Below are positions 34,923 to 46,951 of a stretch of 64,000 nt of DNA, in pieces. The stretch spans positions 1,054,001 through 1,118,000 of the forward strand of contig OZ281494.1 in assembly GCA_965637545.1 (NCBI GenBank). The letters are read 5' to 3'. Numbering within the stretch: the stretch's first letter is position 1; each line of letters starts with the position of its first letter. The position numbers were made by a program, and so were the translations under genes. Source of the DNA: Phallusia mammillata (lineage: Eukaryota). The notes under the pieces are model-generated. The model was not told where the DNA came from. It searched no databases and saw only the letters and a program-made list of their open reading frames with translations.

Positions 34923-37900
34923 TCATTTGAAGTTTGAATAAGTGTCGAAATCCGACAGATATTGCATGACGACAGCGTAGCAGTATTTGTAGAGTTCCTG
35001 TAATAACATAAACATTATTAAAAGAGGATATATGTAAATACAAACCTTACTTGAATTACCTTGTTGTCGACCATATTCGGTCTCATATCTCTCAGGTCTT
35101 TCACAGTTCGAAATACATCCACCCGCTTTTGTGCCTTCAAACGTTCGAGAATGTTCACCAGAGCGATGAAGGTCCCAGTTCTGGTTGATCCGTTACTGCG
35201 ACATTACACGAAAGAATTTAGTAAGTTTAATTTAAGTGAATAAAACTCGAACGAATTTGATTAATGTAGTTTTCAATGTAGAGCTAATAGTAAAAATGAC
35301 ATTGTATGAAGCGTTTTATTAATTTAAGACATTTAATGAAGGTCGGTTGATTTTGAACCTAATATAATAAATTGTTTTTCACCTGCATCCCACCAACACA
35401 CACTTGCAATTCTGTTTTTGCCGTTGCATTTCCTCGATAATTTTGATGAAATCCATTACTTTCGGAGGTCGTTCCACGTCACTCCATCCCTTTACCTGCA
35501 GAAGCTTCAATTGTTGGGCTGCCTGACAAGAAAATAAAGGTTGTATTCAACATGCGAGAACAAGAACTATCGCAACTGCTTTGTTTTTATTATAGGTAAA
35601 CTAAACTCACAAAGGCGTTGGTTGCAGACCAGACGTCGAGAGTTATCATATTGTAAACGTTGCTTTCATTCACATCACGAACTGATACCGAAATGTCCTC
35701 ATATTGTAAAGCTGCATTAAGTGGAATCTAAAATGGGTAACATGTTTTAAAAGTATAAAACCATTTTCGGCAAAATTGTTGACAAACTTACATCAATGCT
35801 GCTCTCCAAATCAACAACAACCAAAGCTTTCTTCTCCACAATCATCTTCCAGAAATTTTCATGTTCTCCAGCTGCAGGATTTCTTGCCGCGATGAAGTCT
35901 GAAGACCCATGGATCTGTATGTTAAAAGAAATACATAGTGTTTTATGGAAATGTCGAAAACAGTTTTCATTGATCATTATAAGCAAATGTTAGTAATTTC
36001 ACCTGAATGTATGAAGCATCCAACTCCTGAATGTTATGACTTTTGTTGTCCCAAAGTTTGACCGACGTGTTCTTATCTAAATTCATTTTTTACAGGATAA
36101 TTATATGTCTAACATTGTAAGACATTTATTTACATGTTCTCAACTGTGGGTGATTTTCCTGCCATTTCTCACCAAATCTCCAAGATAACAATGTTTTGAA
36201 TTCTTGTTTCAGCATTTCCTCTCTGTAATTATACTTTCAATATAAGATGCCAGTTGTACATTGCAAGATCAACAACTATCAGTTATCGTGTTATTCGCAT
36301 CCATCACTATATTGTGAGTTGACATTGTGAACTATTTAACTTCTTATTAGCTGGTTTTACAATTAAGTCAATGCTAGAAACGTCATAGGATTGCTCACAT
36401 TTTCACTCGAAGTCATTGATCGTCGTAGCATCTTTATCTGTTTCCTTTAGACTCTCGCGCTCCATAAGCAGTTTGTAGACGTACATGTATTGTTTCTGTA
36501 ACAATATTATCTTTTACAATTTGAACCCCTGCTGCAAAAGTACATCCATTCAGCATTCTTTGCTTTACTTACAAAGCAACTTACATTTAAATAATTTTGA
36601 ATATCAAGGAAAATGTAACAAAAGCCGACATAGTTTGTCAAGCTCACCGAATTTTGAACCATGTCTATTCGATTCTCTCTCATTTTCAGAACAGTTCTTG
36701 GCACATCAACTGTTCTTTTGTCGTCAAGTTCATGAAACAAAGTGTCCATTGCTATGTAAGTACCGGTGCGTCCCACTCCAGCACTGCATATAAGACATAT
36801 GTGTTATTGATTATTCAAAATAACATAGGGTTTGTCAAGTCTTTACCTGCAGTGCACGATGATAGGAGCATTTGTGTTTTGCAAATTATCGACCATGTTA
36901 CGTAAGTGGATCATGTTGGATGTAGTTACTGGAATCCCATGATCAGGCCAAGTTGTACACTGCAACTGTGTTATGGTACGTTGTTCCTGGCAAACGAAAC
37001 AATTGTTCATTTTTCAAGGTTAAATGTATTTCTTTTTATATTTGCAATGTTGTATATGGGATCATATGCGTGAATTTGTGCATTTCCAATTAGCAGCCTC
37101 ATGTGTTTGCACCTTGCTAACCAGTTAAACAGTGTCTGCATTTAAACATGAATACCTGCAAGTAACATTGTGCTTCTAATTATTTCTAATGTTTAAGGAA
37201 ACAGAATCATCAAAAACGACCGTATTATCAACCAACTGACTAGAACCTATTCGTTACAAACATTTTACTTACTGTTGTCGTGAATATGAGGAACTATCGT
37301 TGAACGATTTCACCAATAGTTATTTCCAGTTGTGTTTGAACTGTAAGGCCAGCGGTCAAATTCCTTTGAGATTCGACCTCGGGCCAGTATTGTTCACATT
37401 TTGGCTGCAGGAAAACAGGTTTTGCAACACCAACAAAAGTTAGTAAACCATTAGACTATTATGTTTACCGAAACATGGTTTACAATTGAAACTTGTGCAG
37501 TCACGTAAGACCATTTTGATAAATTATTTACTTTTTAAATTGAACTAAGTGGAATGGAGTTGAATATTTGTTAAATAAACAAAAGTGCAATCATGTTGCC
37601 TTTAGGTAAAGGTTAATTTTCTGCTTTAGGTCGCTCTGTTTTAGCAGTTAAAAATAACCTTTCCGTTTTCCACCAAGCCAGTGAGCATTACGATGATGTT
37701 GGAGTTTTCCTGCCAAACCATCAACCAGAAATCGTTGATTGTTTCCTTCTTCGGACCCTGAGTGGCGATGAACTTCCTCTCGTTATCGTAACCCGGTATA
37801 TAAGCGGCGTTGATGTAATCGTTTCCACCGCTTCCTTGCAAAATCACTCGAGCATGATCGTCTATTGAACAACCACAAGTTGTGCAGAAAGTCAATTGTA

Positions 37901-40900
37901 CACGTATCAGTTGCATTGTAATAAACGGCTAGTACAGGAAAGTAATAACCTCTTAATGCTGGCCGTTCGTACACTTTTAGATTTTCGTTTTGGCTTGTGT
38001 TTCTTGAAAAACATGTTGTGACTTTCACAATCAGATAGTTAATTGACTTGTCTCCAGCACAAATTAAACAAAAAAGAACAAACGTCTGATATAACCACCT
38101 TTGGGTTGCCTATTAATTCCTGATTTAAACTAGAAAACTATAAGAATGCAAAAAGCAGTGCACTGTTTATATATTATGAGTTATACCGTCAGATCTATTT
38201 AAATTTCATGTGTTTGCAGGAAGAAGTAGAAATAAAATGAAACACTGTCAAAACATCTGTCTGTTCCAATAAAAGTCTGTCTTTAACACAGGTATGTTTG
38301 AGCGCAAGTGCAATGCAAACAACATCGATTGATTGTTTGTCCTTCTTGTTTGGAAATCGGGTATCTATTAAACTGACAATATTGACCTTTTCACTATATT
38401 TACACAATGTGTTTAAAGCATTCGTTGTAATCCAGCCTTCAGCCATTTATTTGCTGATCGATAACAAAACATACACGTTTAGAATTTCTGTACTGGAATA
38501 ATGTACAAGACATAATCCGCGAAACTTTATTATTGCCATTGTGTGCAATAAAATTGTGACAAAATACTCTCGCATGTAATGTTGGGTACAGTTGCTTACA
38601 AATAACCGTGAAATTGAACAATTTTTTGTCATAAAAGTTGCTTAGACCCAAGTTGCTGTGAGACCAATTTACTGATTATTGTTATTCGACTTTACCAACT
38701 TTAATACTTACACGGGAAAATATTCTTGTAGCGGTTTCTCGCAGCGTTTTTTGGCAAATGTGACACGTCCCTTGTTCTCTGGTTGTTTTTGCATTGGTTT
38801 TGGATTTTCTAGATTAAAAATAAGTATTGTGTAAATGATAACATACCAAAATATCGGTTTTATTTTACGGCATCTTAAATTTTACGAAAATAACGAAATT
38901 AACCTAGGAAAAAAATTATCGGCGAAAGCGAAACCACCATGACATGTTATATAGCCTACACAGTACGTAACATGTTGGCATTGATTTGCATCAAAACAAA
39001 CCTCAAATTCGTTGGCAAAAAGAAATCCCGACTCAACATTTTTCTTGAACAACCCGAACAAGGTCGAATTCGACCTGGCTTCATGCGCTACGTTTTGGTA
39101 GGCATCGTTTCCAACTTAAAACAAGTTTTGTTTAATATTCGCAAAGAAACGACTCTATCCCTATGATTTAAACATTTGCACGATTGTAAGAAATAAAAAC
39201 CCACAGTATCTGCACATTTTTGTGCGTGAAAGTGTTTAGCAATTTACAAGTTAAAGCAGTTTTTATGTTTTTTTATTGTTGGTAGCACACAGGAAGAAAT
39301 CGTCAAGTAAGAATGTAAGTAGCTACCTGGTGGTAATCGTGAAGAATGATGATTAGAAACTTCTGCTTGTAAAGGTTGATCCTTGCTTGGTCTGTAAACG
39401 CAATAGAACAGTTTCACTTACTATAAAGAGTTTTTATTTCCAATGAAAATCCCATGCAAAAGTTTCCATTTTTTAACCACACATTGTTTTATCTTTCTGT
39501 TGGTGCGTGAGGATCATTGGATAACAGTATATCATGCATCGACTGAAGCTATTACCCAAATGCGTGGTGAGCCAAATCAATTGTTGACAAACCTTTGTCT
39601 TCGACGAATGAACATGACCACCAGCCCAACAATGACAAGTACCAGAAGCAACAGCCCGATCACCAAACCAGCAATCAATGCCACATTCGTTGCAGGATTG
39701 GTCGTGTTATCTCCAGTAAAAAAGCTTGAAGGGGGATTACCCGGAGTTGTTACTGTCAGATTGGATGTGATGTTTGTGTTGATTGAACCAGCGACAATCA
39801 CTGCAATCTAGAATACAAAGAGTACAACAGCAAATTGACAATTACTGTGACCTGCGGTACAAAACATGGTTGGTTTAGTATTTATGATTTGTTTTGTTAG
39901 CTTAATACTGAAAGAAAACTAGACTTACCTGAAATTCATACAAAGTAGAATGAACGAGATTTCCTATTTCTGTAGATTTATTGAAATATGGAACAGAGGT
40001 TGTTTGATTCAGTTCATGGACATAAATCTCAACCTGTATGTGGTTTCAGAGGTTCAAGTCAAATTATGACAGATTGTAACAAAACTTTGTTTAATGTTTA
40101 AATGCACAAGAATTAAACATCAACACAAACGTTCTTGCACCTGAGCTGTTAAATTGTTTCTGTGGATCAACTCATCAAGTCCAGTCCAACTGACAATCAC
40201 AGTTGAAGCGTTGCATGGGAAAATCTGTGCAGTCGCGGTTACTACAAAAGTCGTTGCATTGAAAATGTTAATATTATTTGGAAATTTACATGAACGATCA
40301 CAGTACGCCAGGCCCATTAAAGGCATCATACCGAATTAGCCGGTCACCAAGCATTCACCACCATATGGCAAGGCGTGGGCTAGAAAAATCTAGCCTGCGG
40401 TCAGATTCGAACGATTTATGTTTTGCTCTTCATCGTTTATGTCTGGTATATGCGTTTGGATTACAATGTATTAAAGCAATACCGCTCAAATTTCTTGCTC
40501 AGAAATACTAGAATAATCAGGACAAGGTTAGAACCGACAACTTTGTGAGCACTGACCAATCAGCCATCAAGTAAACACTTTACTCGCTGCTCAGAAAGAA
40601 ATATTACCCGGATATTTAACCGGTTTTATTTCCGTAAAGAAAAGGAGATTTACCTTTAGGATAGCAGCTTTGAGGGGGATTACCCGGAGTTGTTATTGTC
40701 AGATTGGATGTGATGTTTGTGTTGATTGAACCATTGACAACCACTGTGATCTTAGTAAAAAAAACAGTAAAAAATAAACTTTATGTTCCACATTCTTTTT
40801 AATAGACAATAAGTTATTTTTCTGTTTAACCACTTCTAAAGTAGCTGACCTGGAATTTATAGAACGTGGAGTAAGTAAGATCTTCTATATACGTGGAATT

Positions 40901-43081
40901 GTCTGAATAAAGAACAGATATTGCCAAATTAAAATCCCTGACGCAAATCTCGACCTGCATGTTTGTGACATATTTTTCATTTGATAAGAAACAACGACAA
41001 AAATGTATGTTTTACTACCTGAGCTGTTAGATTGTTAATGTTGATGAATTGATCAAGTCCAGTCCAACTGACAAGCACAGTTGAAGCGTTACATAGAAAT
41101 GTCTTTGCAGTCGTGTTTACTATAAACAACGTTGTTAAAGGTGAAGGTAGTAAATGGTTGCTTATGAATGATTGGAATTGAATATACAACATAACACGTT
41201 GGCTTGCACACGTTTAATAAAATATATTTTTTTAGCATATTAGGCCTACTAATTTTAAACGAAACTTGAATCGACAACAGTAATAGAAAAACCACAATCC
41301 AAGCAGCGTAGTGAGCGATTACTGGTTTTGTTGTTTTATAATTACTCACATTTTACTTGACAAGCGTAGTAAGCCACTTCCCTATTGCAGTTTATGCTTG
41401 ACTGCTCCCATCCGATCCCATAATGCAACGCCCCCTGCTGGCAAGTTGTAACGTTGGAAACGGAAAAGTTTGCTTGAGATCCGTCGCCCCAATACCAACC
41501 ATTTAACGACGTGTTGTAACGAGCTCCAATTAGAACATTGATATCTTAAAAATGCTTGTGTTGGTGTACCCAAATCATCATGGTTGTTTTTTGCGTTTCT
41601 TTTAAAATACAATCGCTTACTTGGTGTCAGAAACGATCCTTTGTAAATGTTAAAACTTTCATATGAGCATTAACACTTCGCAATTTATACGAATTTATGC
41701 CACCGTTGAAGTTAAATATTTCTTTTTGGCGTTTCCTCTTGGTAGTGTCGGAAAACAAAGAAAACTGTAATGTCCATCCTGCAAATATCACATATTGTAA
41801 CAAATGTGTCTGTTGTTGCTGACTAAATGAAACAGCTAAAACTATTAATTTGCAATGGGCTTCTTTGCGATATCTAAAGTAACTGATTTGTTTCAACACA
41901 CACCGTTCCAATTTCCATCAAGATCCAGCCCTTCACATGTTGTCCCAATGTCTACTCTCCACTTGTAATTCGGTTCTGTCCAAGCATCGCAGAAATAAAT
42001 GGATTCCATCGTATTTTTGACATTACTGTTGGACAAAAGTGGTTGTGTTAATTTTGACAAACAAATTTGAAACATTATTTGTCGTCAAATAATCTGATAA
42101 AGTTTTTAACCTTTCATACAAATCGAAATACCACAGATGTCCAAGAGATTTTGTACTTTTCCAAGGATACACTTGAGTCAAATTATACGAGTATTTGTAT
42201 CGCCTATTTTCGTCTTCGTAAAAAATATAAACCCGCTGTAAATCTGAAACAAATATTTATTTAATATATTAAAAATTACAATTAAAATTGTTTTTTTATT
42301 TATGAAAAGCCACCACAAACCTGTTGTGTATTTGTCCGTCATGAGTTTAGTGAGAGTTGTGTTGATCTGTGGGTCATCAGTCATTGCAAGATTTCCACCC
42401 AGCAAAGAACATTTCTCCTGTGCAGTGTTTGCATCCACAAGATCGTCAGATAATATCAACACACTGTCCTTCACTGCCTCCATTGTGTTATTGTAAGCTA
42501 AAAATTCATTTCGCGGTTAGAACTTAATTTACATTTTTCCTAAGTAATGATTATGTTCTTTGTAATCCAGAGTGATTACGCTCTGAAGCAAAAACACAAA
42601 CAATATTTATGGTTTTTACTGTTATTAAGCAGGACGAACGTGACTTTGAACAACATTAACATGGTCCATCCCAAACTGTAATTCGAAAGCAAGATACTTC
42701 AGATGCTTTTGTATTTGTTTCATGACCAAAATGCGTAACGTTTGTTTCGTGAGCAAAACGATTCTTTGTCGACCAAGTTAAATGTCCGATGTCTCTTTTC
42801 ATAACTTGCTTTTCTTTAGTTTGTTTAGAGCTCAAACAAGGCTCGGTTACGAAACTACCGTACGATGATTTATAACAAGGATGATTTTAACAGATGTAAC
42901 CAGCTGAACTTATTATTAAAACACTATTTTTGTACAGTAAAAAACTTCAAAAAACCTTTATTTCATGTATTTTTAAAACAACGCTAATAGGCTACTTACT
43001 GTTTGCTTGTCCCATCGAATACTGAATAAAAGTTAAAACCAAAAATGTCCTCACGTCATTACTCTTTATGGCTGAGAGCAT
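34923..43081 (-). pseudogene. Copy E: receptor PTP pseudogene, SP-CTLDx2-FN3x2-TM-D1-D2
   Basis: All exons are present, but there is a 1-nt deletion in exon 5 (stop at 41627-41629), CAG>TAG in D1 (37294-37296), a net -4-nt frameshift in the D1-D2 linker exon (stop at 36403-36405), and a transposon immediately upstream of the ATG. Confidence 0.85.
40290..40415 (-). mobile_element. Possible tRNA-derived SINE fragment in an FN3 intron of copy E
   Basis: GC-richer insert. The minus strand starts with B-box-like GTTCGAATC followed by the hairpin GGCTAGATTTTTCTAGCC. No A box seen. Confidence 0.3.
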
Positions 43082-43083
43082 TT

Positions 43084-45427
43084 CTGCCGTCTTTTGGAAA
43101 AACCTAGTAAGCGACATATTTTTCAAAATGCGTTTTTTTAGTGGAATGGTTACTTAATGTTGGCTAGTTTTCTGTGTTAAAATTTGGAATTTGAAAGATA
43201 TATAGTTATTGATATATTTACGGTTAAAAAACCCTAGTAAGTGAAACACAACGCTAAAAGTATTTGGCAAAACCTAGTATTGCTGTTTGACCAATCATGA
43301 CGGTCGAGTTCGTCACGTGACAACTTTTTTCTGACAGCTGCGTGTTGTCGCCTTGTTTACATATCTATTGGCGTTGTGATTTAGTTTTGTTTGCTATTAA
43401 GTAAATACCGGTATTTTAAGTTTGTTTAGCTGTAACTATACCATCCAGTTTCAGTGTTTGTTTAATATGGCTACCACAAGAGGAAAACTAATCTTGGCCC
43501 TTCAAAGAAAAACAAAGAATGAAGCTCCAGTTTCCAGGTAGTTTGGATTAAGAAACTTGCTTGCCAGGTTACACTTCTGAAGGCATTAAGGTAGAAATTT
43601 AAGTTGAGATGAGAAACACATTGTTAATGTCCAAGAGAATAAAAGTTTGAAATATTATAGTTCATGTAAGTACACTTTGATTTCAGCATCATAGCCATAA
43701 GCAAAAAATAACACATAGATTTGGCTCAGAATCAGACTCAGAAACAGGTTATTGTGCTGAAATTAAAACCGCAAGTGTGGATGATATTAATCATAACGTG
43801 AGTAGTTGTTGTCATTTGTAGTCTTATCTGACATGACTACTGAGCATCATTTAACTCATCAAATGATCAGGATTCAAAACTATTTCAGCTCCAAAATGAC
43901 AGTTCTTGGTTAGGAAGAATTGTGCCACTGGACCAAGATTCAGATAGTTTAACCAAAGAAAATCCATATGTTATAATTTCATCTAAGCTTGAAAGTTTAC
44001 ATGCTGAACCTATTAAAGGTATTTTTCTTTCACGCTTGAAACCTTGCATGATGTTAATTTATGTTGTTAAAGGTTAATGATGATTTTTAGCTTATAAAAT
44101 ATAAATGTTCACAAACAAATAAACATAATTGTTTAAGTTTGCTCATCTCAAAGTTAACCATTCCAATGTTTTATTAATATTGATAAGTTTTCATGTCTAA
44201 AAATATTATAAAAACTGCTGGTCGCAGGACTTTGCTGGAAGAAGGAAATATATGAAGGGCACTATTCATAAAACTGCAATGTTGGAGCAAAGATATCCTG
44301 CTGCTGTCTGAACTGCCTGGTTGCTGTGGTGCCAAGCTCACAGTTTGCAAAGTGTTTTATATAAACAAATTTGGGAATAAAAACTGATTGTTTATAACTG
44401 AACATACGAAATGGTGCAAATCTGGATTGATAGTGTATTTTTCCTCTCTTTTTGACTAGTTTTGTAAATATATGACAATTTAACAATGAAAAAAGAATAT
44501 TGACAAAACCTTTTTAAGGCAAACAAGCCTTTTTTCCAAAATTACTGAAAGCTGCATGGAGCTTTATTCTTTTTTTTCTTTCTTTAAAAGGTCCAAGATT
44601 AACTTTCCTTGTGTGGTAGCCATATTAAACAAACAATGAAACTAGATTTTGTAGTTTAACAAACTATATTTACCAGTTTTGCGACAACATGCTGTTGTAA
44701 GAAAAAATGACATGTGTTTAGTAAATCTGTAAATAAAACATACATAAAGAAGCTACCTTTCTAGATGTTATATGTTTTTATTTGTTATGTAAAAGCATCT
44801 TTTTGGGTGCCAATCAATTGATGGTTAAACTGCTTGATGTTTTCATGTTAGACTTTTGTAGCATGGTAAGTTAACCACATCAAGAACTCACAAAAGTTTA
44901 TGACATGTTTTGTAAAAGTATCTTTGCCATGTGCTTGTGATGTTGTTGAACAAATATACTTTTTATTGGTCCTCAGCACTAGCATGTTGCTATTGCTAAT
45001 AAAAGGTTTTTGACTGAACATTTGTACTCCAGCATTCTTCAAACAGCTTGAAAATTGGTGACTTAAATGTAATAACACAGTTTATGAAAAAAATAAAAAG
45101 CTTCTGTTTGATTTGTGAAGGTGATAAAGCAAAAAAAATCCATCTATTGTTCTGAGCCTAGACTTTTCCAAATTATATTTTAGTTAGTTTTGCATTTCTT
45201 ATCCGGTAAAACCTAGTATATCGTTTTTTCATGGATAATAAACAAACTAACAATATGTCGTGAACTGTAGGTATGGCAAAAAATTTTTACTGTAACATGT
45301 TTGTGAAAAACACCAAACAGGTAGACAAAAAAAATATTTTTGGATGCTAACCAACATCAAACGCGTTTTGTGCTTTTTCTCGAAAACTTGAAAATTGCAG
45401 TTACTAGGTTTTACCAAACGACGGCAG
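43084..45427. mobile_element. Non-autonomous DNA transposon, Sola1-like (27-bp TIRs, ATTT TSD)
   Basis: CTGCCGTCTTTTGGAAAAACCTAGTAA (43084-43110) versus TTACTAGGTTTTACCAAACGACGGCAG (45401-45427), 2 mismatches. ATTT at 43080-43083 and 45428-45431 (AWWT is the Sola1 TSD). AAAACCTAGTA subterminal repeats. Confidence 0.75.
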
Positions 45428-46951
45428 ATTTTATTCAATTTTCTGGTAAACAAGATGTTTGAAAAACAACTTTGCGTAAATCCAAACAAACATCGTTTTA
45501 CGACAGATGACAAGTATTTATTTCTTTTAGAAGAATAGGTTATTCCTAAAATCGCCTGAAATCTTTTTCACCTTCCAATAGTCTTACTTAGCTGTCCCCA
45601 TACACTGCACATATGCAAGTTTGCTACGCCTAATTAGCAATGCCTTGTTGCTTTGCCTCTGATTCATCGTCTACATAGCAGTTTCCTGTGCCTAGTTGAA
45701 ATCATCTAGTTGCGTTGCACAAGCGCTGCGTGGAAAACATGACATAATGCTGCCTTTATATCCAAACATTTATCAATCATTAACTTCGAAATGAATTTAT
45801 TACTTATGCTGTAAAACTGCATTGTTAAGCACAGTTTAGTGTATACTGGTGAAGACATCACAACCAAACAAGTGAACTTCGTATTTCCTACGTATTTCGG
45901 TGCAGCAACATCGCATAGTGTGCTTTATGACAAGCTTACTTTTATAGTCTGTAGGTTGCGCAACTATGTCCTGCTTGGTATTTTTTTTTCTGTAAAACTG
46001 TTCTTCCACCTTTTTTACCAACAGAAATAATGCAAACTAAACTCAATCTACTAATCCCACTATCCCACAATCTACTACTCCAAGTCGAGTTTCACTAAAT
46101 TCTCTCCTATGCAAGATTCCGTCATATAACTCATTGTAACGACGATGTTGCTTAAACAAATCCTGAATTTTATCAACTACCCTTAGTTTATCTCTTCCCA
46201 ATACGTCATCTCTCTTATTAATACGTCTGTTGTCCAGATCTGCGGTTACAGGTGTTAAAATGATTTTATGTGTGACAAAATCGATTAGACAAAGCCGTTT
46301 ATTTGCTCACAAAATGAAAGTGATTACAAAACAATTCTTACCATCTGCGGTGTCTTCTAACAAACTAGTTAAAAATATCAGAAAATTGAAAGTGACAGTG
46401 ATTATAAGACTCGGCCGCTCATCATATAAACCGATTTGATATAATAATGATACATAGGATCAAACACAGAAGGAAACATCAATGTGATTACATCTTTTTC
46501 ATGTTTTTTGTTTATAATTTGAGAGAGTGGCGACTTTTGAAAAGACTTGTTGTAAATTTATACGAGACTTTACTTAGATACAAACAACGATCAGTATTTA
46601 TATATTTGTAAGCAATTGATCGACACTCTGGCGTGGAGAATTATATATCAACCTTTACTTTCGCAAATGTGCAAATGTTATACCTTTGGCATCCAGCAAA
46701 GCAAACACAATCATAATTTTAAGCAATTCATTTCGCTTCATTTCTCTTGAAACTTTACGACCTTTTTTGGCTGCACTTGTAAAATAAATTGCGTTATATA
46801 CGAGTTTCTTTTACCGGTGACATTTTATAATTGCGTTAAAGCAGAGTCTAATTACAAAAATCTTAGGTTACGTTTGTAAGCGCGTTAAACCTGCAATTCT
46901 TATGAAAAATAAAGAAAATAAAAACTACAAGTGGGTACAGCCGATGACTAG

